Assembly (NCBI GenBank): GCA_964535775.1
Contig: CAZHTV010000001.1
Coordinates: 1-49,352 of the forward strand
Direction of reading: 5' to 3'
DNA: 49,352 nt
Source: an uncultured Thermoplasmata archaeon
GTDB lineage: Archaea; Thermoplasmatota; Thermoplasmata; UBA10834
This document shows positions 9,835 to 15,983 of the stretch, in pieces; position 1 is the stretch's first letter; each line of letters starts with the position of its first letter. Both the position numbers and the translations under genes were made by a program. The notes under the pieces were generated by a model. That model ran no database searches and was not told the origin of the DNA. It saw only the letters and a program-made list of their open reading frames with translations.

Positions 9835-10101
9835 TTACCTGCCAAGGGCGCTGTACAACTCCTTCGCGACTCTGAGCGCGACTTCACGGTCACCGACCGG
9901 GTGCAGAAGAAGCCTGCCATGAGGGTACAGCGTGATCTCGATCCCCTTCCTCAGGACCAGCATCACGCCCGCGTTCGAGAGGACCTCGTACCCCTTCACA
10001 GCGAGCACCTTCTCGCACTCGTATAGGTCGAGAGATATCCTGCCCTTGGGAACCGCTTCGTACGCATCGAACCTGCACGGCTTCACGGCGATGAACTCCA
10101 T
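9835..10101 (-). CDS. Small hypothetical protein (88 aa), possible single TBP-like alpha/beta repeat
   Basis: Start moved to the ATG at 10101 ('MEFIAVKP'), 5 nt after the kinase stop and preceded by GTGAGGCGG. The longer track ORF overlaps the kinase gene. 'VMLVLRKGIEITLYPHGRLLLHPVGDREVALRVAKELY' resembles one TBP-fold repeat. Function is unknown. Confidence 0.5.
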   Translation of the reverse strand: MEFIAVKPCRFDAYEAVPKGRISLDLYECEKVLAVKGYEVLSNAGVMLVLRKGIEITLYPHGRLLLHPVGDREVALRVAKELYSALGR

Positions 10102-10106
10102 CCGCC

Positions 10107-10649
10107 TCACTTCTTCGGCAGAACGCGGTCCAGAAAAGCGTCCACGGACTCCCTGAGGTCGTCGATGGTCGACTCGTTGATTACCATGTAGTCTGCGAGC
10201 GCGATCGCCTCTCCCAGACCCCACTCGAGCTCCCTTCTGTCCCTCTGATCGAACTCTGCCCTCGTTGTCGGCTGGTCCGGCCTGCTCCTGGCAATCAGCC
10301 TATCGAACCTGGTCTTGGCTGATGAGTGGACCGCGACCGTCTTGAGGTCGTCGCCGAAGGCGTGCTTGAATGCCCGGATCTCGTCCAGGCCCCTGGTGCC
10401 GTCGATCACCACGAAGTCGCCCCCGACGAACGGAATCGTCCTCTTCGCCCAGATGTCCATGCCGTACCGCTTCCTCTCTTCGTTCGCGAGCACACCCACG
10501 CTCGCGTCTGAAGGCTCGAGCCCGAACTCCTTGGCCTTTTCGCGGACGATATCGCCCATGCGAACGATCTTGGCGCCCCTAGCCTGGCATATCTTGAGGA
10601 ATTCCTCCTTGCCTGAGCCAGGCATCCCGGTGGTGACGAGAATCCTCAT
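10107..10649 (-). CDS. P-loop nucleotide kinase, archaeal UPF0200 / adenylate- or dephospho-CoA-kinase-like
   Basis: N-terminal 'MRILVTTGMPGSGKEE' P-loop at the extreme N-terminus and ~180 aa size; 'VIDGTRG' and 'RDRRELEWG' blocks are typical of this archaeal small kinase family. Confidence 0.75.
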   Translation of the reverse strand: MRILVTTGMPGSGKEEFLKICQARGAKIVRMGDIVREKAKEFGLEPSDASVGVLANEERKRYGMDIWAKRTIPFVGGDFVVIDGTRGLDEIRAFKHAFGDDLKTVAVHSSAKTRFDRLIARSRPDQPTTRAEFDQRDRRELEWGLGEAIALADYMVINESTIDDLRESVDAFLDRVLPKK

Positions 10650-10705
10650 CTTATCATCCTGCCTACTGACTAGGACTTACAAAAACCTTTGCGGCGAGCG
10701 AGGGG

Positions 10706-11893
10706 CTACTTCGGAGGCCACCCAAACGCGGACTCGGCGAAAGGAGCGATCTTCTCGAGATCGTAGCCGGCCTTCGACCAATACCTCGGGCACAGTCCGA
10801 GGCCGAGGCATCCGTCATAGTCCTTTGAGTTGTCGAAAGATCTCTCGAAGTTGGTGACACCAGCGGGGGGTATTTCCCCACGCTGGCCGATGACACTTTC
10901 GGCCTCCTCCAGAGTGCACGGCTCGCCTGACCGTTCTATCTGCGACATCACGGCCACCGGTTCCGCGCCTGCCTTCGCGCATGCGGCAATGACCTTCGAT
11001 GCGGCCGATGCATCCGCTCCGAGCTGAAACGCCTTCTCGAGAGCTGCCACATCGTAATGAAGGTATCCTGGCTCTCTTGAAACCAGCCTCAGCTCCCCTG
11101 GGTCCTCGGATGTCTTCAGGAACGTGCGGCAGGGGAACGGACATCCGTAGCATGCAACATGCCGATGCGCGAGCTTCGCGAAATCGTCCCTTGCGACAAC
11201 CTCGAAATACGATGCGAGGCCTTTGCTCTCTCCCAATCTCTCGATGTGCTCGCGCATGAGGAGAAACGCCTCCTCGAAGTGTCTCTCCGGCTCGGCCAGT
11301 TCCAGCTCCCCCATGCCCCTGAAAGCGACCGCCAAGACACCTCTCTTGCCGAACTCTGCGGCCATGCCGACCTTGTCTTCGCCGCCCCAGTAATCTGTCA
11401 CCAACTCAGAGGACGCGAGCCCAGCATCGCCCCACGGCCCAGCGGCGACGACCTGTATCTTCGAGTCGCCCTGATCGGCCCTGATCCTGTCGGTGCGGCC
11501 CCACGAACTCATCGAACTCATCTCCTTGGATTCGGAGAACTCGGCCACGCCATCCCTGATCCAGAGATATCCCGGGCTCTGCGCGACTCCCTTGAGGACA
11601 ACGAAGTCGAACCCCGACATCTTCAGCTCCGTACCCAAGAAGCCCAGTAGCGGGATGGTCTTCGGTCTCTGCCCACCGCACCGGACTATGCCGCAGCAGG
11701 ATGCAGGGACGAAACTGCCGGTAAGCGCGCCCGTGCCGAGCACGAGGCAGTCGCTGCCGTGTTCGGCGATGAGGCCGTCGGCGATTCTGATTGCTGAGAT
11801 CGCCTCCCAGTCGTGGACTTCAGGGAGTGATTGCTCGACAGCCACCTTGCGGTCGAGATCGAACACGACTGCGCGGCCGTTCCTGAGGTTCAT
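10706..11893 (-). CDS. Compact aldehyde:ferredoxin oxidoreductase (AOR)-family protein (~395 aa)
   Basis: AFOR_N-like N-terminus (GRAVVFDLDRK..., LVLGTGALTG). [4Fe-4S] ligand pattern 'CYGCPFPC' (CxxCxxxC) plus a distal Cys in 'LGLGLCPRYW'. Pterin-motif-like 'FQLGADA'. Start set at the ATG at 11893, 1 nt after the upstream TGA (TGAgATG). Confidence 0.72.
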   Translation of the reverse strand: MNLRNGRAVVFDLDRKVAVEQSLPEVHDWEAISAIRIADGLIAEHGSDCLVLGTGALTGSFVPASCCGIVRCGGQRPKTIPLLGFLGTELKMSGFDFVVLKGVAQSPGYLWIRDGVAEFSESKEMSSMSSWGRTDRIRADQGDSKIQVVAAGPWGDAGLASSELVTDYWGGEDKVGMAAEFGKRGVLAVAFRGMGELELAEPERHFEEAFLLMREHIERLGESKGLASYFEVVARDDFAKLAHRHVACYGCPFPCRTFLKTSEDPGELRLVSREPGYLHYDVAALEKAFQLGADASAASKVIAACAKAGAEPVAVMSQIERSGEPCTLEEAESVIGQRGEIPPAGVTNFERSFDNSKDYDGCLGLGLCPRYWSKAGYDLEKIAPFAESAFGWPPK

Positions 11894-11894
11894 C

Positions 11895-12149
11895 TCATTC
11901 CTCCGAAGATATGCATCCCGTCGGACATATCTTGACGCATTTAGGATCTCCCCCACAGAGGTCGCAGGGCTCCCTCAGAAGGATCGGCTTGGCACCCGGG
12001 CCTCCAGAGCCGGACGATTGCTGGCCGTACGAGACGCCCTCCGGCCTGCCCAGGACCAGCCCCTCTGACCTGGTCTTCAGGACGAGCCCGAAGTAGTTCG
12101 CCTTGTCATCGATGTGGAGTATTATGCTCGAACTCATGGCCGTGAGCAT
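11895..12149 (-). CDS. Ferredoxin-like [4Fe-4S] protein; annotated from the first ATG but the coding sequence very probably extends to ~12227-12251
   Basis: The track ORF holds only the second cluster motif 'CDLCGGDPKCVKICP'. The 34 in-frame codons upstream (12150..12251) encode 'LKLKLDPVRCICCGLCETAC', a complete first CxxCxxCxxxC motif with no ATG/GTG/TTG available. Confidence 0.6.
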   Translation of the reverse strand: MLTAMSSSIILHIDDKANYFGLVLKTRSEGLVLGRPEGVSYGQQSSGSGGPGAKPILLREPCDLCGGDPKCVKICPTGCISSEE

Positions 12150-12251
12150 GCCGTCTCTGTTGAGGCTGCATGCAGTCTCGCACAGCCCGCAACAGATGCA
12201 CCTGACGGGGTCCAGCTTGAGCTTCAGACCACCACCACCCCCTGCCCTGCG

Positions 12252-12707
12252 TCAGCGCAGGTTCTCGGCAATCTCGGTCGCCATCCTGTCGCAGTAGACG
12301 CACCTGAGCGTTATCGGCTTCTTCGACTCGACGACGAACTCGGTCTCCACAGGCTCATCCTTGTTCGTTATGCAGCCAGGGTTGGGGCACTTCATTATGC
12401 CCTTGATCACCTTGGGCACCTCGACGACGAACTTCTCGGCCACGTTGTAATCCCTGATTATGTTGATGGTCGCGTTGGGCGAGATGAGCGCGATCTTGTC
12501 GAGCTCCTTGGGGTCCAGTTCGCGGTCCTCTATCTTGACTATGTCTTTCCACCCTGCCTTCTTGCTCGGCACGTGCATCAGCACGCTCACCGTCGACGTG
12601 ACGTCGTCCTTGACGCCGACTATCCTGAGCACCTTCAGGGCCATCCCGACGGAGATGTGGTCTATGACCGTGCCGTTCCGGATCGGCGTGACCTTGAACT
12701 CCTTCAC
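12252..12707 (-). CDS. pyrI: Aspartate carbamoyltransferase regulatory chain
   Basis: 'VTPIRNGTVIDHI' N-domain and Zn-domain Cys pairs 'CPNPGC' and 'RCVYCD'. GTG start overlaps the pyrB stop (GTGA). Confidence 0.93.
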   Translation of the reverse strand: MKEFKVTPIRNGTVIDHISVGMALKVLRIVGVKDDVTSTVSVLMHVPSKKAGWKDIVKIEDRELDPKELDKIALISPNATINIIRDYNVAEKFVVEVPKVIKGIMKCPNPGCITNKDEPVETEFVVESKKPITLRCVYCDRMATEIAENLR

Positions 12708-13642
12708 TTCAGCCCCCCCAACACCAGGCCGAGGATTGCCATCCTGACGGGCACACCGTTGAACGCCTGATCGAAGTACTTCGCATGTGCCGTCTTGTCC
12801 ACCTCGGGCGCGATCTCTCCCGCCCTCGGAAGAGGATGCATTATGATCATGTCCTTCTTCACGTTTTTGAGGAGGTCGATGTCTATCCTGTAAGTTCCCG
12901 CGACCTTCTGGTACTCCGTTGGGTCCGGGAACCGCTCCTTCTGTATGCGGGTGACGTAGAGGACGTCCGCATCGGCGATGACGTCCTGGAGCGACGAGCT
13001 CATCTTCGGCTTCTGGCCCATCGAGTCCACCTGTTTGAGCTGCTCCTTGGGTATCTGCAAGGACGGTGGTGCGACGAACGTGAGCTGAGCGCCGAACATC
13101 GCCAGGGCCTCCGAGAGGGAGTGCACCGTCCTGCCGTACTTGAGGTCGCCGACAAGGACGACGTTGATGCCCTCCATGTCCTTCTTCTCCTTCTTGATCG
13201 TGAACAGGTCGAGCATCGTCTGGGTCGGATGCTGGCCCGCGCCGTCGCCCGCGTTTATGATCGGCTTCTCTGCGAAGTGCGCAGCGAGCCTGGCCGCTCC
13301 GTCCTGCGGATGCCTGAGAACGATCACGTCGCAGTAGGTGTCGACCATCCTGACCGTGTCCGCGAGCGTCTCTCCCTTTGCTACCGAAGCGCCGGTGGGT
13401 TGGTCGAATCCGAGCACGCGCCCTCCGAGCCTGGTCATCGCCCCGTCGAACGACAGCCTCGTCCTCGTCGAAGGTTCAAAGAAGAGCGACCCCAGGACGT
13501 AGCCCTCCAAGAGAACACTCCTCTCCTCCCCCTTTGCGATCGGCACCATCTTGTCGGCTACCTTCAATACATGCTCGATCTGCTCCCTTGAAAAATCACG
13601 GATGGACACCACGTCCATCCCCTTGAAGCCTGCTGACATCAA
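12704..13642 (-). CDS. pyrB: Aspartate carbamoyltransferase catalytic chain
   Basis: 'FFEPSTRTRLSF', 'HPTQ', 'HPLPR' and 'LGLVLGG' signatures; ~310 aa. Confidence 0.95.
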   Translation of the reverse strand: MMSAGFKGMDVVSIRDFSREQIEHVLKVADKMVPIAKGEERSVLLEGYVLGSLFFEPSTRTRLSFDGAMTRLGGRVLGFDQPTGASVAKGETLADTVRMVDTYCDVIVLRHPQDGAARLAAHFAEKPIINAGDGAGQHPTQTMLDLFTIKKEKKDMEGINVVLVGDLKYGRTVHSLSEALAMFGAQLTFVAPPSLQIPKEQLKQVDSMGQKPKMSSSLQDVIADADVLYVTRIQKERFPDPTEYQKVAGTYRIDIDLLKNVKKDMIIMHPLPRAGEIAPEVDKTAHAKYFDQAFNGVPVRMAILGLVLGGLK

Positions 13643-13710
13643 GCACCTAATCTTCTCTCAGCATATAAGGCTTTCAGGAACTCTTCGAGTGCGACCAGCA
13701 ATGCCGGAAC

Positions 13711-14070
13711 TCAGGCGAGGTCGAAGTCGTCAATCGCCCTGTTCATGTTCTCGAACCAATCGTCAGCACACCTGTGGAGCCTGTCCTTCAGCTGCTCGGC
13801 CGAGACGGCCGAATACACATGGTAGTAGCCGCCCCTGTCAATCGATTTCGTGTCCCTGAAGGCTAGACCGGCGGAGACGAGTTTCTGCAGCGCGCGGTAG
13901 ATCGTGCTCCTGTCCTTCTTGAAGACCGGGGCGAGGTCGTCCGCCCTCAGCGGGCCCTGCTTGATGAGCTTCTTGTAGACGGTGAGTTCGAAGTCGGAGA
14001 GTCCGTAGATGCACTTGACTATGTCCCTGCACGAGGCCTCCCCGCTCAGTATCTTCTGGGGCTCGACCAT
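13711..14070 (-). CDS. TrmB/MarR-like winged-helix transcriptional regulator
   Basis: HTH region 'LTVYKKLIKQGPLRADDLAPVFKKDRSTIYRALQKLVSAGLA'. Start moved to the ATG at 14070 (MVEPQK) because the TTG at 14088 abuts the TATA-like box. Confidence 0.75.
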   Translation of the reverse strand: MVEPQKILSGEASCRDIVKCIYGLSDFELTVYKKLIKQGPLRADDLAPVFKKDRSTIYRALQKLVSAGLAFRDTKSIDRGGYYHVYSAVSAEQLKDRLHRCADDWFENMNRAIDDFDLA

Positions 14071-14088
14071 ATTGCACGGTAGTGCCAA

Positions 14089-14096
14089 TTTTATAC
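14089..14096. promoter_or_regulatory. TATA-like box (TTTTATAC / GTATAAAA) in the divergent regulator/tusA intergenic region
   Basis: Only ~22 nt from the regulator ATG at 14070 (leaderless on the minus strand), or ~85 nt upstream of tusA on the plus strand. Strand assignment is ambiguous. Confidence 0.4.
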
Positions 14097-14155
14097 TTAA
14101 CCGTTATGACGAACGAACCGTCCAGATGCCTGCCATTTTGCCACGTGAAAAACTT

Positions 14156-14167
14156 TATCTAGATAAC
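14156..14167. promoter_or_regulatory. Perfect 12-bp palindrome TTATCTAGATAA overlapping a TATA-like box; candidate operator/promoter of the sulfur-relay operon
   Basis: Self-complementary sequence read directly. It is preceded by a purine/A-rich BRE-like 'GTGAAAAAC'. Its centre lies ~20 nt upstream of the tusA ATG at 14180, which suggests a leaderless or very short-leader mRNA. Confidence 0.5.
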
Positions 14168-14179
14168 CGCGAATCGCAT

Positions 14180-14443
14180 ATGCGCGGTCTTGCCAAAACC
14201 GTGGGAGAGATATCCTTGCAGAAGGACGGAACTCTTGACGCGAGGGGGCTCATGTGCCCCATGCCCATAGTCCAGCTCGCGAAGAAGGTCAAGGAGATGA
14301 AGACCGGTCAGGTGCTCGAGCTCTTGGCCGATGACATCGGGGCGAAGGAGGACGTTCCTGCCTGGTGCGCGAGGACCGGCAACGAGCTAGTGGGCACGGA
14401 GGAAGAGGGCAAGATCTTCAAGTTCTACATCAAGATGAAGTGA
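14180..14443 (+). CDS. tusA: TusA-family sulfurtransferase/sulfur carrier
   Basis: Canonical 'DARGLMCPMPIV' (CPxP) active-site motif; ~87 aa. Start moved to the ATG at 14180. Confidence 0.85.
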   Translation: MRGLAKTVGEISLQKDGTLDARGLMCPMPIVQLAKKVKEMKTGQVLELLADDIGAKEDVPAWCARTGNELVGTEEEGKIFKFYIKMK

Positions 14444-14466
14444 TCTGGCAGAGGAGTTCGAAAGAC

Positions 14467-14871
14467 ATGGCAGACAAGATGTGCATAGTAGTAACCGAAG
14501 GGACATTCGACAAGGCGACGATGCCGCTCATGCTGGCCACGACCGCGGCGGCGACGGGCACCGAGGTGCATGTGTTCTACAGCTTCTTCGGGACGAAGCT
14601 GGTCACGAAGAAGGCGAACCCGAAGCTGCCCGGCATGTGGAGACTGTTCACGGGCATGTTCGTGAAGAGGTTGAAGGGCATCGGCCTGGGCAACTACATG
14701 GAGATGATGCAGCAGGCCAAGGATTTGGGGGTCAACTTCTACGCATGCAGCACAACGATGCAACTGATGGGAGTCAAGGAGAGCGACCTTCTGCCTGGCA
14801 CGAAGATCCTGGGCGCAGCGGCGTTCCTGAAGCTTGCCTCGGAATCGCAGACGACCCTGTTCATCGGCTGA
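14467..14871 (+). CDS. DsrE-superfamily protein (DrsE_2 / DsrE3-like)
   Basis: ~134 aa. 'KMCIVVTEGTFDK' Rossmann-like start, conserved Cys in 'NFYACSTTMQLMG' and a C-terminal 'LFIG' block. Start moved to the ATG at 14467 (AGAGGAG upstream). Confidence 0.7.
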   Translation: MADKMCIVVTEGTFDKATMPLMLATTAAATGTEVHVFYSFFGTKLVTKKANPKLPGMWRLFTGMFVKRLKGIGLGNYMEMMQQAKDLGVNFYACSTTMQLMGVKESDLLPGTKILGAAAFLKLASESQTTLFIG

Positions 14872-14880
14872 GTTGAGCAC

Positions 14881-15183
14881 ATGGTGAGAATCGCATTCCT
14901 TGTCCTGAAGTCCCCGACTGAGCAGGACCCGACCCATTTGATGGACAGGTTCGCCGGCAGGGATGATGCAAGTGCGATTTTGGTGGAGGACGGCGTCTAC
15001 CAGGCGATCGTCGGTAGCGCCGCCGAGAGGCTCTCCAGATCCGCCCATGAGGTTCTTGTTTCCAAGGAGGACCTCGAGGCCCGCGGGTATCAGGCTTCGG
15101 ACCTGAAGATCGGAAAGGCGGTCGGGTACGAGGATCTGGTCGATTGCATCATGGAGCAGACCGACAAGACCGTGACCGTGTGA
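14881..15183 (+). CDS. DsrH/TusB-like protein
   Basis: ~100 aa. 'ILVEDGVYQA' and 'VSKEDLEARG' blocks typical of DsrH/TusB; 9-nt gap to both neighbours. Confidence 0.65.
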   Translation: MVRIAFLVLKSPTEQDPTHLMDRFAGRDDASAILVEDGVYQAIVGSAAERLSRSAHEVLVSKEDLEARGYQASDLKIGKAVGYEDLVDCIMEQTDKTVTV

Positions 15184-15192
15184 GGCGATAGG

Positions 15193-15552
15193 ATGGCAAA
15201 GACACTTACAATACTCTGGAGAACGGGTTCGATGATGGCCATGGATGCCAATGTTGCGGTCAAGATGGCAAGGGCGGCCAGGGCGAAGGGCTACAACGTG
15301 CATATGTTCGGATACGGCGAGGGCGTGACCGCGGTCAAGAAAGGGCAGAAGCCAAAAAGGTTCCCCAATGTCGGGGACGAGCTGGAGCTTGCGGGCAAGG
15401 AGGGCATAGATCAGGCAATATGCGAGACCTGCTACGCTGCGCGGGGGTTCGAACGCGGAGAGGAGATCCCCTGCGCCAAGGTCGGCAGCCTCACCAACGA
15501 CCTCTTCAGATTCTTGGCTGACAGCGACAGGCTAGTCACGGTGGCGAGGTGA
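15193..15552 (+). CDS. DsrE/TusD-like protein
   Basis: ~119 aa. 'VHMFGYGEGV' and Cys-containing 'ICETCYAARG' in the position of the TusD/DsrE active-site Cys. Confidence 0.7.
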   Translation: MAKTLTILWRTGSMMAMDANVAVKMARAARAKGYNVHMFGYGEGVTAVKKGQKPKRFPNVGDELELAGKEGIDQAICETCYAARGFERGEEIPCAKVGSLTNDLFRFLADSDRLVTVAR

Positions 15553-15558
15553 CTGGAC

Positions 15559-15915
15559 ATGCCGAAATCCCTGATGGTGCTGATCACGAAGCCTCCATAC
15601 GGTCTCGAGGAGGCCTTCGCGGGCCTCAGGCTTGCCCTCGCGATGGCGGTGAACGGCATGAAGACAACGGTGCTCATGCTGGAGGACGGGGTCTTCAACT
15701 CGATTGCCGCTCAGAAGCCCGAAGCAATCAACATGCCTTCGAACATCGAGGCGACCAAGGACCTCTACGACTTCGAGGTTCAGGTTTATGTTGTCAAAGA
15801 GGACCTGCAGGCCAGAGGCATATCCGAGTCGAAGCTGTTCGAGGGCCTGAAGGCAATCGAATCCGCGAAGACCAAGGACCTGCTTGCCGAGCACGATCTG
15901 ATCACGACATTCTGA
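15559..15915 (+). CDS. DsrF/TusC-like protein
   Basis: ~118 aa. 'LMVLITKPPYG', 'LMLEDGVF' and 'VKEDLQARG'; contains no Cys, as is typical for the non-catalytic subunit. GAGGTGA lies 7 nt upstream. Confidence 0.7.
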   Translation: MPKSLMVLITKPPYGLEEAFAGLRLALAMAVNGMKTTVLMLEDGVFNSIAAQKPEAINMPSNIEATKDLYDFEVQVYVVKEDLQARGISESKLFEGLKAIESAKTKDLLAEHDLITTF

Positions 15916-15952
15916 GCTGCCCTTGAACTAGGGGGTTCCTCAGGGTCGACTT

Positions 15953-15957
15953 CTTTT
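15953..15957 (+). terminator. T5 run downstream of the sulfur-relay operon (archaeal oligo-T terminator candidate)
   Basis: TTTTT lies 38 nt after the dsrF-like stop and 27 nt before the arcS GTG. Confidence 0.3.
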
Positions 15958-15983
15958 TGTAGTCGTGCAGTCAATCCCAGCGC

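Noticed and set aside
10706-11956. Longer N-terminal extensions offered by the ORF track (for example 11956 for the AOR-like gene, 23067 for metG, 24595 for ABCE1, 32057 for the PEF-CTERM protein, 14009 for tusA, 14365 for the DsrE3-like gene, 36579 for iorB, 41470 for DUF1015)
   Set aside because: The extensions overlap upstream genes or promoter boxes and add non-homologous, compositionally odd residues. Internal starts coincide with family-typical N-termini and with SD or TATA spacing.
12252-12254. Selenocysteine (or global TGA recoding) as the explanation for the in-frame TGA between pyrI and the ferredoxin-like ORF
   Set aside because: Many other genes here (pyrB, metG, iorA, tusA and others) end at TGA at positions consistent with homologue lengths. 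PyrI also ends at a normal length. I saw no obvious SECIS-like stem-loop downstream. Local read-through is kept only as one hypothesis in the finding.
12785-15303. ORFs 12785..13591 (+, 268 aa) and 14425..15303 (-, 292 aa) overlapping pyrB and the sulfur-relay genes
   Set aside because: They are antisense to genes with clear family signatures (pyrB STRTR/HPLPR; the DsrE-family genes with tight operon spacing).
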